Shown here: positions 33,432 to 42,231 of the stretch, piece by piece | Layout of the letters: every line of letters begins with the position of its first letter | Numbering within the stretch: the first letter of the stretch is position 1 | Origin: Dehalococcoidia bacterium | GTDB taxonomy: Bacteria > Chloroflexota > Dehalococcoidia > SM23-28-2 > RBG-16-64-32 | Direction of reading: 5' to 3' | Length of the DNA stretch: 61,636 bases | NCBI GenBank assembly: GCA_041481535.1 | Contig: JBGPBZ010000002.1 | Coordinates: forward strand, 1 to 61,636 | Translations under genes and position numbers: made by a program | Notes under the pieces: generated by a model | Database searches by the model: none | Told to the model about the DNA's origin: nothing | The model's input: only the letters and a program-made list of their open reading frames with translations

Positions 33432-34787
33432 ATGACCACAAAGTACGATTTCCCAACGGTAAGCCAGGAAGTCATTCAGTTGCTGCATGAGAAGCCCGCA
33501 GAGCTCGCGCAGGCTCTTTCACGGCTTCACGCGGTGGATCGTGCGGTGATCTTCCAGGGGCTGGAGGACGACGATCAGGAGAAGTTCATCCAGGCGCTTG
33601 GGCCTGTGGAACTTGCTTCCCTGCTTGAACACTTGACGTCGCAATGGCGGGCGGCGGCAGCAGTCCGTATCCCAGAAGAGGTGCTTCCCACCGTGCTCGA
33701 CAGCATGACAAGCGACGATGCTGCAGACGTCTTGCAGGGCCTTTTGAAGGAAAAGGTTGAGCCACTCCTGTTGCGCATGCGGACGGCAGGCGCGGTACGA
33801 CCGTTGTTGCAGTACGGCCCGGAGACCGCGGGCGGGTTAATGACTCATGGATACGTCGAAGCGCCACCGGAGACGACCGTCGCCGATGCTCTCGCGTTAC
33901 AACGATCCGAGGATATGCGCAACGTGGAGGTCTACTACTACGTGTATGTGACGACTGCTGGGCATCGACTGGAAGGTGTGGCCAGTCTCCGGGACATGCT
34001 GAGAGCAGATCCCTCGACTGCCCTCGCCGATGTCATGCGCAGGGAGGTAATCCACCTTCCGGCCAACGCGGACCAGGAGGAATGTGCCCGCCTTGTCCAG
34101 CGCTACCGGCTGCGCGCGTTGCCCGTCGTATCAGGCGAAGGGATTCTACTGGGTGTGATCACGTCGGACGACATCATGGACATCATCACCGAAGAAGATA
34201 CCGAAGACATGTATAAGATGGCGGGGGTTGGCGTTAGAGAATGGGCCTTCAGTCCCTTGGGGGAATCGATCAAGCGCCGCGTGCCGTGGTTGAGCTTCAA
34301 CATGGCGTGGGCGTTCGCGGGCGCGGCCATCATCAGCCTTTTTGAAGGGACGCTGGATAGGGTCGCTACTGTCGCGATCTTCATGCCGATGATTGCTGGC
34401 CAAGCAGGGAACGCCGGGATTCAGACCGCAACCATCGTGGTCAGGTCGATGGCTCTAGGCGAGGTGCATCCGCGCGACATGTTCCGGCTCTTGCGGAAAG
34501 AGTGGGCGTTGGGTGCCACGAAGGGTGCGATCTTTGGGTCTGCTCTCGGATTGATCGCTTGGGTGTGGAAGGGCAACGTCTATCTTGGTGCCATCGCCGG
34601 GTTAGCGTTGTTCCTGAATATGCTCGTCGCATCCACTGCGGGTGTTCTGCTACCGATGACGTTGCGACGCCTGGGGTTCGATCCGGCGACTATCGCCGGG
34701 GTATTCGACACGATGCTTACGGATTTTATGGGTTTCCTGATCTACCTGGGCCTGGCGACGATCTTCATTTCGCAGATCGCCAAATAG
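33432..34787 (+). CDS. mgtE: Magnesium transporter MgtE
   Basis: 451 aa with N-domain, two CBS domains and a C-terminal TM domain (..IAGQAGNAGIQT.. and DPA..AG.F.T...D). Confidence 0.9.
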   Translation: MTTKYDFPTVSQEVIQLLHEKPAELAQALSRLHAVDRAVIFQGLEDDDQEKFIQALGPVELASLLEHLTSQWRAAAAVRIPEEVLPTVLDSMTSDDAADVLQGLLKEKVEPLLLRMRTAGAVRPLLQYGPETAGGLMTHGYVEAPPETTVADALALQRSEDMRNVEVYYYVYVTTAGHRLEGVASLRDMLRADPSTALADVMRREVIHLPANADQEECARLVQRYRLRALPVVSGEGILLGVITSDDIMDIITEEDTEDMYKMAGVGVREWAFSPLGESIKRRVPWLSFNMAWAFAGAAIISLFEGTLDRVATVAIFMPMIAGQAGNAGIQTATIVVRSMALGEVHPRDMFRLLRKEWALGATKGAIFGSALGLIAWVWKGNVYLGAIAGLALFLNMLVASTAGVLLPMTLRRLGFDPATIAGVFDTMLTDFMGFLIYLGLATIFISQIAK

Positions 34788-34788
34788 C

Positions 34789-35796
34789 CTAGATCCACTT
34801 CCGATATTTGAAGTAAACCAGCATCGCCAGAGCGAGCGCGATCATTAAACCGGTGATCACCGGGAAGCCCCAGTTTGCCTGAAAGCTGGGGAACTGGTTG
34901 GACTCGAAGTTCATCCCGTAGATGCCGGAGATGAGCGTGAGCGGCAGGAAGATGGTGGCGGCGGCGGTGAGCACGCGCATCACTTCGTTGAGGCGGTTGG
35001 AGACGACAGAGAGGTAAGTCTGCAGAGCGGCGTCTGAGAGGTCGCGCAGCGCCTCGATCAGGTACTCGATGCGCACGAGGTGGTCGAAGATGTCGCGGAA
35101 GTACATCGATAGATCCTCAGGAATTAGCACCGGGAATTCGCCGCGGGAGAGGCGGTTCATGATGTCGCGCTGGGGCGTCGTTGCGCGGCGGAGGCGCAGG
35201 CTGTTGCGCTTGGCGATGAGGATCTTCTGGAGGACGCTCGGCTCGGGGCGCTCGAGGACGTCGTTTTCCAGCTGGTCGATCGTCTCGTCGAGCTCGTCCA
35301 CGATCGGCAGGAAGTCGTCGACGATGCCGTCGAGGAGGCCGTGGAGGAGCCAGGCGGCGGATTTGTGCATAAGCTGCTCCACCCGCTGCCGCCTGGAGAT
35401 GATCGTGTTCAGGGCCTCGCAGTGCTTGCGGTGGCAAGAGACGACGTAGTTGGCGCCGAGGAAGAAGTCGACTTCCATCACCGAGATCTCTGTGTCCGGC
35501 TCGTAGCCGGTCAGCGCCTGCACGACGATGAAGATGTACGAGCCGTGGTCGTCGATCTTGGCGGGATCGAGGCGGTCGTTACGCACATCCTCGATGGCCA
35601 GCGGGTGGAACTGGAACACCTCGTCCAACAGGCGGGTGTCGTCGATCCCATCCAGGATGAGGTCGATCCAGACGATGCCCCTGGGATCGGTCAGGGCCTG
35701 GCGGATGGCGTTGTCGTCCGGCGGGAGGGTGGAAAGCTCGCCGGCGGCGTTGCGGAAGAAGCCGTTGTAGTGGCCGGAGTGCGGGGACGAGGTCAC
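34789..35796 (-). CDS. corA: CorA-family magnesium/cobalt transporter
   Basis: YGMNF signature (ISGIYGMNFE) plus two C-terminal TM segments. Start set at GTG 35796, which follows AGAGGAG. Confidence 0.85.
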   Translation of the reverse strand: MTSSPHSGHYNGFFRNAAGELSTLPPDDNAIRQALTDPRGIVWIDLILDGIDDTRLLDEVFQFHPLAIEDVRNDRLDPAKIDDHGSYIFIVVQALTGYEPDTEISVMEVDFFLGANYVVSCHRKHCEALNTIISRRQRVEQLMHKSAAWLLHGLLDGIVDDFLPIVDELDETIDQLENDVLERPEPSVLQKILIAKRNSLRLRRATTPQRDIMNRLSRGEFPVLIPEDLSMYFRDIFDHLVRIEYLIEALRDLSDAALQTYLSVVSNRLNEVMRVLTAAATIFLPLTLISGIYGMNFESNQFPSFQANWGFPVITGLMIALALAMLVYFKYRKWI

Positions 35797-35867
35797 GGAA
35801 GCTCCTCTGAATGCACGTCTGACGCTGGGGCGACTGTAACAGGCGGCGAAGTTCACCGTCTATTATC

Positions 35868-35895
35868 TTGAACACCGGAAGTTGTAGTCTATAAT
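35868..35895 (+). promoter_or_regulatory. Near-consensus sigma-70 promoter (TTGAAC-16-TATAAT)
   Basis: Read directly: TTGAACaccggaagttgtagtcTATAAT, in the AT-rich corA/cupredoxin divergent region, about 250 nt before ATG 36144. Confidence 0.5.
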
Positions 35896-36143
35896 TGGAG
35901 AGCAGCGGAGTAAAAGGCGAACGCGGATTACCACTTGGGTAACTTTTCAGCGTCAACGGCGTTTTACTCAGCAAATCAAGACAATTAGAGGGGCGACCTC
36001 CTTCTGGTCCGCCTAACGGCGGATACAACGAAAGGCAGTCAGGGGCGGGCTGCCTTTCGTGCTATATGTGAGGGTACGATTAGAACCGCCCCGCCCCGCC
36101 CACCGTATCCATCGCCAGTGGGTTCATCACGAGGAGGTGTTTG

Positions 36144-36728
36144 ATGCGTCTGACCTTCGTCCTGGCCGCTCTCGGAATCACCGCTTTCGCGCTCGCCGCG
36201 CTGTCGTTCGGCAGCGGCGCTCAAGCGGCGACCGTTACGGTCGATACTGGCAACTACTATTTCTGCGACCAGAGCCACACCAACCAGGTCTGCGAAACCG
36301 CCGTAACAGCCGGCGACACCGTGACCTGGTCGGCGTCAGCGGGAACACATCATGTCGTGCAGTGCACGGACGACACGTTTGCCACCTGTAGCGGCGGGTT
36401 CGACCTGGGGACGTTCTCCTCGGGCCAGACTAAGTCGCAAACGCTCAACACCGCTGGAAGTGTCTACTACCACTGCGCAATTCACCCGGGACAGATGAAA
36501 GGTAAGATCGCCGTCGCGGCTGCATCGACGCCGACGCCGACGCCAAGCCCGACCGCCGCCGCGACGCAGACGGCCGCTCCAACCGCGACACCGGCGAAAG
36601 TACCTGCGACCGGCGGCCCTCCGGACGATGGGAGCTCGAACGTGTGGCAGTACGTGCTGTTGGGGGCCGGCGGCCTGCTCATTGTTGGTGCAGCGGCCGC
36701 GTTCGTGATCGCGCGCCGCAATCGCTAG
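36144..36728 (+). CDS. Cupredoxin (plastocyanin/azurin-like type 1 copper) protein with a PT-rich linker and a sortase-type C-terminal anchor
   Basis: Signal peptide. Cu ligand pattern GTHHV...YYHCAIHPGQM. C-terminus VPATGG + TM + RRNR. RBS GAGGAGG. Confidence 0.8.
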   Translation: MRLTFVLAALGITAFALAALSFGSGAQAATVTVDTGNYYFCDQSHTNQVCETAVTAGDTVTWSASAGTHHVVQCTDDTFATCSGGFDLGTFSSGQTKSQTLNTAGSVYYHCAIHPGQMKGKIAVAAASTPTPTPSPTAAATQTAAPTATPAKVPATGGPPDDGSSNVWQYVLLGAGGLLIVGAAAAFVIARRNR

Positions 36729-36764
36729 GCTGCGATAAGCGTTCCGGTTCGATACGATAAGCGC

Positions 36765-37370
36765 GTGGTGTTACCCGCGCGGCCGTTGCGCAGTTCGTTT
36801 GTCGTATTGGCCATCGTCCTGGCGCTCGCAATTGTCGCCGCCATCGGGCTGCGGCCGGCGTCTGCGTCGACCGTGTCTGTAGACGGTGGGAACAACTACT
36901 TCTGTTCTGGCGCTTTCGACGGTGGCATCTGCGAGACGGACGTGACGGCCGGTGACACGGTCACGTGGACGATAGTCGGCGGTATGCACACGGTCACGCT
37001 GTGCAACGACGATTTCTCCGAATGCCCGCCGGCAGCCGGCGGCTGGGACTCCGGTCTCATTTCGAAGAACGCGGTTTACTCGCAGACATTTGCATCGCCG
37101 GGGACGTACGCCTATCGCTGCGAACTACACCCGAGCGAGATGAAGGGGAAGATCGTCGTCGCCGCGGTAACGCCTTCGCCGACTCCTGTCGCTACAGCCG
37201 AGCCGACGAACGCTCCTGTCGCCGCTTCGGCGACGACCACGCCTGTTGCGCTGCCGCAGACGGGCGGTGCGCCCGATAACGGAGTGAACGTCAGCTTGAT
37301 CGTTTCGCTTGGGCTCGCGCTTCTCGCGGGGGCGGCGCTGGCCTTCACGTTGGCCCGCAGGAGGGCGTGA
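36765..37370 (+). CDS. Cupredoxin paralogue with an LPQTG sorting signal
   Basis: Pattern GGMHTV...YRCELHPSEM. C-terminus LPQTGG + TM + RRRA. Confidence 0.8.
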   Translation: MVLPARPLRSSFVVLAIVLALAIVAAIGLRPASASTVSVDGGNNYFCSGAFDGGICETDVTAGDTVTWTIVGGMHTVTLCNDDFSECPPAAGGWDSGLISKNAVYSQTFASPGTYAYRCELHPSEMKGKIVVAAVTPSPTPVATAEPTNAPVAASATTTPVALPQTGGAPDNGVNVSLIVSLGLALLAGAALAFTLARRRA

Positions 37371-37789
37371 TGCTCGATCGGCCCGTCCTCTTCTACGACG
37401 GAGAGTGCCGCTTCTGCCGGGCGTCCGCGCGCGTTGTCGCGGCACTGGATCGCAAGGGTACGATCGCGATGCTGCCGTTCGATGATCCGGCTGCGGAGGA
37501 GTTACTGGCTTCGGTGGCGGCGGAACAACTCGGCGCGAGCATGCACCTTGTGCAGCCGGACGGTTGGGTGCTGAGCGGCGGCGATGCGCTAATCGAGCTG
37601 TCGCGCGTGTTGCCGTGCGGTGAAATGCTAGCGTCGGCGGCCTGGCGGAGCGATTTCCTGCGAAGCGCATTCGCGAGCGGGTACCGCTTTGTCGCCGACC
37701 ACCGTGGGCAGTTTTCGCGGGTGACGCCGGACGGGCCGGGACCGATACGGCGGCCGGTTGTGGATAACTCGGCAGCGGCGCACGCGTAA
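37370..37789 (+). CDS. DCC-family thiol-disulfide oxidoreductase (DUF393)
   Basis: N-terminal VLFYDGECRFCR motif. ATG overlaps the preceding TGA. Confidence 0.75.
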   Translation: MLDRPVLFYDGECRFCRASARVVAALDRKGTIAMLPFDDPAAEELLASVAAEQLGASMHLVQPDGWVLSGGDALIELSRVLPCGEMLASAAWRSDFLRSAFASGYRFVADHRGQFSRVTPDGPGPIRRPVVDNSAAAHA

Positions 37790-37867
37790 CGCACCGCATT
37801 CGCGATCTCGTCGTTACTCAAGGCGAAACATCGAGGCTGGGCGTATCGTGGTGCGGGTTGAGTGTGT

Positions 37868-37897
37868 TTGACTCGCCTGGCGGGCGACGGCTACACT
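37868..37897 (+). promoter_or_regulatory. Candidate promoter (TTGACT-18-TACACT)
   Basis: Read directly: TTGACTcgcctggcgggcgacggcTACACT, about 55 nt before ATG 37953. Confidence 0.4.
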
Positions 37898-37952
37898 CCC
37901 GACAGCCCCGCCACATCGCGTCCTGCCCAATCCGTGTCCGGCGCAACAGGAT

Positions 37953-38762
37953 ATGCGAACTACTCTCGTACGACTGCTGATTGTTCTTACTGCGTGCTCG
38001 CTTGCCTTGATCCTTCGGGCTGGTGAAACGCACGCGAACTCAGCGTTCAAGGTCGAGCCGTTCGTCTGGCAGCTAGACAGGGACTATCCCGACGGCACGC
38101 CGTCCGACGACAGTCTGCCGATTGACACCGTTTACATCAAGACGCACGACGGCACCGACTGGATGTCGACGTACGACCCACATCCGGCGGCGATCTCGGG
38201 CCCGGACGCTGTGCGGAACCTGATCAGCGTTTACAGCCAGGAGGGCATCGATGTCGCGGCGTGGTTCGTGCCGAAGGGCCTGGATTACGACGCGCAGGTG
38301 TCGATGGCGGAGCAGGTGATCGATACCGGCGTAACCGCGCTGTACGCCGACCTCGAGCCGTTCTCGGGGTTCTGTAACCAGAACTGCGGCCTCCTGGCGG
38401 ATGCTTTCTGGGCGCGGCTGCGAGCGGAAAGGCCGAGTGCCAGGCTGGGGGTGATCTACGACCCGCGCAGCTGGTGGTTCGACCAGAGCGCAACGAGCCG
38501 CTGGCTGGCCAACGCCGACATCGCTTTGCCGATGTGCTACTGGGACGATTTTGCGGGTCAGGTGCCGTACGGCGACCCGCAGGGGTGCACCGCCGAGGCG
38601 AAGTTCGAGCTGAACACGAAGCTGGCGCCGGGCCGCAATATGGAGTTCGTGCCGATTCTGGAGGGTGACAGCACGGCCGAGAAGATGCAGCAGGCGATGG
38701 ACGCCGCCGCCCGTGCCGAGGCGACGAGCGTCAGCGTATGGCGACGTGGCGTGGTCTCGTAG
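37953..38762 (+). CDS. Secreted protein, possible glycoside-hydrolase-like TIM-barrel domain; ends at a TAG that is in frame with the next ORF
   Basis: 269 aa with a signal peptide (LLIVLTACSLALILRAGETHA). The domain call is weak and based on resemblance only. Confidence 0.55.
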   Translation: MRTTLVRLLIVLTACSLALILRAGETHANSAFKVEPFVWQLDRDYPDGTPSDDSLPIDTVYIKTHDGTDWMSTYDPHPAAISGPDAVRNLISVYSQEGIDVAAWFVPKGLDYDAQVSMAEQVIDTGVTALYADLEPFSGFCNQNCGLLADAFWARLRAERPSARLGVIYDPRSWWFDQSATSRWLANADIALPMCYWDDFAGQVPYGDPQGCTAEAKFELNTKLAPGRNMEFVPILEGDSTAEKMQQAMDAAARAEATSVSVWRRGVVS

Positions 38763-38840
38763 GACGCGTGGAATACGATCGCGAACTATGCAGCGCCAGC
38801 TGGACCGCACTGCGCACTGCAGCTGGTCGACGGTTGTGTT

Positions 38841-39677
38841 GTGAAGGAAGCGTTTCTGCCGCCGACGTACCTCATCGAAGGCGGAGGGAAGCTGCTGATA
38901 AGCCCGGACACCGATCTCGCCCCGCTTGGCCTGACGACGCGCGACGTGCAGACGCTGCCAGCGGGAGCGCTCGCACAGATACCGAGCGCACCTGCGGACG
39001 GCACGTTGCTGAATGAGCCGGGGGGACAGACGTATGTCGTCTACGGTGGCGCGAAGTTCGTGATGCCGGACAGCGACTATACGGCGCTCGGCCTGAGCCC
39101 GGGTGCGGTGAAGCTCGTGTCGCCCGGCGTGCTGTCGCAACTGCCGGCCGCGCCGCCGGACTACTCTCGCATCCAGCAGCTCGGGGACGACTCGGGCGAA
39201 TACGTGGCGCTGCGTGGGTCTCGGATTCCGATCGACGCTGACGCGCTCGAGGCGATGAAAGCGGCGGGCGTCGCGAACGGGCCGAAGTATACGTTGCCGA
39301 CGGGTGCGTTCGTGCAGGTGCCGCTGGCCGAGGTGAAGCGCGGAGACTCGGATTGCGATGGGAACATCGCGTTGATCGACGTGGTGCGGGTGCTGCAGAA
39401 GGCGATCGGCGTGCCCAGCCCTGGGATCTGTCTGCACGTGGCTGGGGACGTGACGTGCGACGGTTGGGCATTCCCGGCGGACGCGCTCTTGATCCTGCGC
39501 TTCGTCGCGGAGGTGCCGCAGCCGGCCTCGACGTGTCCGAACGTTGGCGTGCCGGAGCCGGCGGCGATTCCGGTTCGGAACGCAGCGGTGGGGGAGACGC
39601 CAGCTGTGACGGAAACGCCATCTGCGACGCCGTCGGCGACGCCGGAACCAACGTTGCGGCCGACACGCACGCCGTAA
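38841..39677 (+). CDS. Three ~45-aa repeats plus a dockerin-like domain and a PT-rich tail; no signal peptide of its own
   Basis: Dockerin-like GDSDCDGNIALIDVVRVLQKAIG...GDVTCDGWAFPADALLILRFVA. Same frame as 37953..38762, with no stop in 38763..38840. Confidence 0.6.
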   Translation: MKEAFLPPTYLIEGGGKLLISPDTDLAPLGLTTRDVQTLPAGALAQIPSAPADGTLLNEPGGQTYVVYGGAKFVMPDSDYTALGLSPGAVKLVSPGVLSQLPAAPPDYSRIQQLGDDSGEYVALRGSRIPIDADALEAMKAAGVANGPKYTLPTGAFVQVPLAEVKRGDSDCDGNIALIDVVRVLQKAIGVPSPGICLHVAGDVTCDGWAFPADALLILRFVAEVPQPASTCPNVGVPEPAAIPVRNAAVGETPAVTETPSATPSATPEPTLRPTRTP

Positions 39678-39766
39678 CGCCCTCACCCCGAGCTTCTGTT
39701 TGCGGCTTGGTGATTGCGGAGCTTGCAGTGCGCGGCACTTTCGTATAGTTTCTGACGTGCACTAAC

Positions 39767-39780
39767 TGACCGCGCGGTCA
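39767..39780. promoter_or_regulatory. Perfect 14-bp palindrome TGACCGCGCGGTCA just upstream of the LLM oxidoreductase gene (possible operator)
   Basis: Read directly. A TATAGT box lies at 39744..39749 and the ATG at 39794. Confidence 0.3.
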
Positions 39781-39793
39781 CTAAGGGGGAAGC

Positions 39794-41029
39794 ATGAAAC
39801 CCGAACGTCTGGACTTTGGCATCTTTATGGCGCCGTTTCATCGGCGCGGAGAGAACCCAACGCTCGCGCTGCGGCGCGACCTGGGCCTCGTACAGAAGCT
39901 CGATGAGCTGGGGTACGACGAGGCCTGGATAGGCGAGCACCAGTCCGCGGGCTGGGAGATCATCGCCAGCCCGGAGGTGTTCCTGGCTGCGGCGGGTGAG
40001 CGCACGAAACGAATCCGCCTGGGAACGGGCGTTGTCAGCGTGCCGTACCACCACCCGTTCCACACGGCGGACCGGATCGTGCTGGTCGATCATCTAACGC
40101 GCGGACGGGCGATGCTCGGCGTCGGCCCGGGCGCGTTGCCGGGCGACGCCTGGATGCAGAACATCGACCCACCAACCCAGAGAGCCCGGATGGATGAAGG
40201 CCTGGGCATGATCATCCGCCTGATGACAGAGGACGAGCCGATCACGTATGACGGTGAGTGGTTCAAGCTTCGAGACGCCCGCTTGCAGTTGAAGCCGTAC
40301 CAGCGACCAATGATGCCGATCTCCGTGGCATCGACACTAAGCCCGGCCGGGATGTCATGCGCCGGCAAGCACGGCGTTGGTGTCTTGTCGCTCGCTTCGT
40401 TCGCTGCGCAGGGACTTACCGCTTTGACGACGCAGTGGTCGATATGTGAAGAGGCCGCAGCAGAGGCGGGGCGGCCCGCTCCCGACCGCCGCAACTGGCG
40501 CGTCGTCATGCCGTTTCACCTGGCCGACAGCAAAGAGCAAGCGATTCGCGATATCGAAGATGGTCTGCTGGCCTGGAACAACGACTACGGCGTCACAACG
40601 ATTGGCAACCCTCTCAACGTCCATATGAAGTCGGGGCGAGAAGTCGCGGAGCGTTTCATGAGCTTCGGCGCGATCATCGGCACGCCCGATGACGCGATTG
40701 CGTCGCTCAAGCAACTGCAGGAGATCTCGGGCGGTTTCGGCTGCATACTCGCACTCGCGCATGAGTGGGCAAACCAGGAGAGAATCAACTACAGCTTCGA
40801 GCTGATGGCCCGCTATGTGATGCCGCAGTTCCAGGACAGCCTGAGCTGGATCGACCGTTCGATTCAGTGGTCGGCGGACAACCAGGAGAGCCTCATCGGC
40901 GGTGCCAAGATGGCTGTGCTGAAGGCCATTACTGAGAATGCCTCAGCGATGGCGCAGCTCCCAAAGACAGAGTTCGGTGCGGGCGTTGGCGTCTCACGGC
41001 TCTCACAGGAGGATGCGAAGGCGGAGTAG
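39794..41029 (+). CDS. LLM-class (luciferase-like) flavin-dependent oxidoreductase
   Basis: 411 aa with an LDELGYDEAWIGEH N-terminal block and overall luciferase-like monooxygenase pattern. Confidence 0.8.
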   Translation: MKPERLDFGIFMAPFHRRGENPTLALRRDLGLVQKLDELGYDEAWIGEHQSAGWEIIASPEVFLAAAGERTKRIRLGTGVVSVPYHHPFHTADRIVLVDHLTRGRAMLGVGPGALPGDAWMQNIDPPTQRARMDEGLGMIIRLMTEDEPITYDGEWFKLRDARLQLKPYQRPMMPISVASTLSPAGMSCAGKHGVGVLSLASFAAQGLTALTTQWSICEEAAAEAGRPAPDRRNWRVVMPFHLADSKEQAIRDIEDGLLAWNNDYGVTTIGNPLNVHMKSGREVAERFMSFGAIIGTPDDAIASLKQLQEISGGFGCILALAHEWANQERINYSFELMARYVMPQFQDSLSWIDRSIQWSADNQESLIGGAKMAVLKAITENASAMAQLPKTEFGAGVGVSRLSQEDAKAE

Positions 41030-41091
41030 ATAGCTGGGCGCCCCGAGGATGGAAAGCCTCGGCTACGCCCCGGAGGGCATAGACACCAAAC

Positions 41092-41124
41092 GAAAGAGGG
41101 ACGGCGCTAGGCCGTCCCTCTTTC
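41092..41124. terminator. Bidirectional terminator hairpin between convergent genes
   Basis: GAAAGAGGGACGGC-loop-GCCGTCCCTCTTTC, a ~14-bp stem. The T/A-rich stem base serves both strands. Confidence 0.55.
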
Positions 41125-41244
41125 GCTCGGGGAAGGAAGGGCTGACTTCCGTGGGGGGACGGAGTCTTGGCTGAGATGTCACTCGACATAACAGCGATAC
41201 AGGTAATGAGGCGCGTTTACGGAATTATCACCCTGGTAGGGCGG

Positions 41245-42159
41245 CTAGTTGGATGAGCCAGGCACGTCGAAGCGCTGGTTGACGTCGGCGAGGAACTCTT
41301 CGAGCTGCGGTGAGAGCGGCGTCGTCGGTTCGGGATCGACGGTGGGTTGGAGGCGCGCCTCGATGTCGTAGGCCTGCTCCAGCTCCTTGAGCCAAGCCTG
41401 GAGGCGGGTGTCGCCCTGGGCGGTCTCGTCGAGGGCCTGGCGCTGGCGTTCGGCCTCCTCGGTTACGGGCGATAGGTCCAGCTTGAAGCCGTACAGCTCG
41501 GACAGAAGCGAGAGGAGCGCCTCGAGGCCCATGTAATCGCGCTCCACCTGGGCGTAGGCGGGGAGTTGCAGCACCATCGTCGTCGTGTCGATGCCTTGCT
41601 TCGGGACGGTCGCGCCGAGGACGGCCATGATCGTCGTTGGCCCTTCGTATGTGCTCTCGCGCACGCCACTGCCGAAGAGGCGCTTGCGGACGGCCTCGTT
41701 GCTGGAGCTGCCGCTGGCGACCGGGGGGCGTGTGTGCGGGACCGGCGCGTACATCGAGCCGATCATCACGTATTCGCGAACGCCGAGCCGCATTACGAGC
41801 TCGATCAGGCCTTGCACGAACTCGTCGCCGTTGGCGTGGGGCTCCAGCGTGTGGAGGAAGATCCAGTCGTGCTCGTCGGCGGCGCCGAGGGCGTAGTGGA
41901 GGCGAGTGTTGGGGATCGTGACCTTACGCTCGCCGCCCTCACGGGAGATCATCGGGCGGTAGCGCGTGAAGTCGAAGAAGTGGCCGGGGCGTGAGAGCTG
42001 GCCCAGTGGCTGCGCGCCCATGGCCTCGCCGATGAAGGCGAGAGACATCGTGCCGACGGAGCCGACGTCGATCCAGGGCTGCAAGGTGACGAGCATCTTC
42101 GGTTCGCGGAGGGACGGCAGGGGATCGAGCAGCTCGAAGGGGCCGATCTGCGTTGTCAC
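41245..42159 (-). CDS. PAC2-family (proteasome assembly chaperone-like) protein
   Basis: 304 aa. MLVTLQPWIDVGSVGT... and later blocks resemble bacterial PAC2. GTG start lies 6 nt after TACAAT (42166..42171). Confidence 0.6.
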   Translation of the reverse strand: MTTQIGPFELLDPLPSLREPKMLVTLQPWIDVGSVGTMSLAFIGEAMGAQPLGQLSRPGHFFDFTRYRPMISREGGERKVTIPNTRLHYALGAADEHDWIFLHTLEPHANGDEFVQGLIELVMRLGVREYVMIGSMYAPVPHTRPPVASGSSSNEAVRKRLFGSGVRESTYEGPTTIMAVLGATVPKQGIDTTTMVLQLPAYAQVERDYMGLEALLSLLSELYGFKLDLSPVTEEAERQRQALDETAQGDTRLQAWLKELEQAYDIEARLQPTVDPEPTTPLSPQLEEFLADVNQRFDVPGSSN

Positions 42160-42185
42160 GAGGTCATTGTACCAGCGGGGAATAG

Positions 42186-42220
42186 CCGCGGAATTACGCG
42201 GATTGAACGCGGATTTGGGG
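42186..42220. repeat. Tandem ~9-nt array (CGCGGA(A)TT units)
   Basis: Read directly: ccgcggaattacgcggattgaacgcggatttgggg. Confidence 0.7.
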
Positions 42221-42231
42221 ATCCTGGGAAG

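Noticed and set aside
11982-39677. Idea that TAG is reassigned or read as pyrrolysine. It was prompted by in-frame TAGs in hicA (12171-12173), between 37953..38762 and 38841..39677, and between 7870..8739 and the cyclase.
   Set aside because: TAG terminates many well-supported genes at their expected C-termini. Examples are DUF35, hicB, MidA, modB, ACAD, both FKBP genes, GNAT, mgtE, corA and the serine hydrolase. No pyl genes are visible. Nonsense mutation or chance frame coincidence is more parsimonious.
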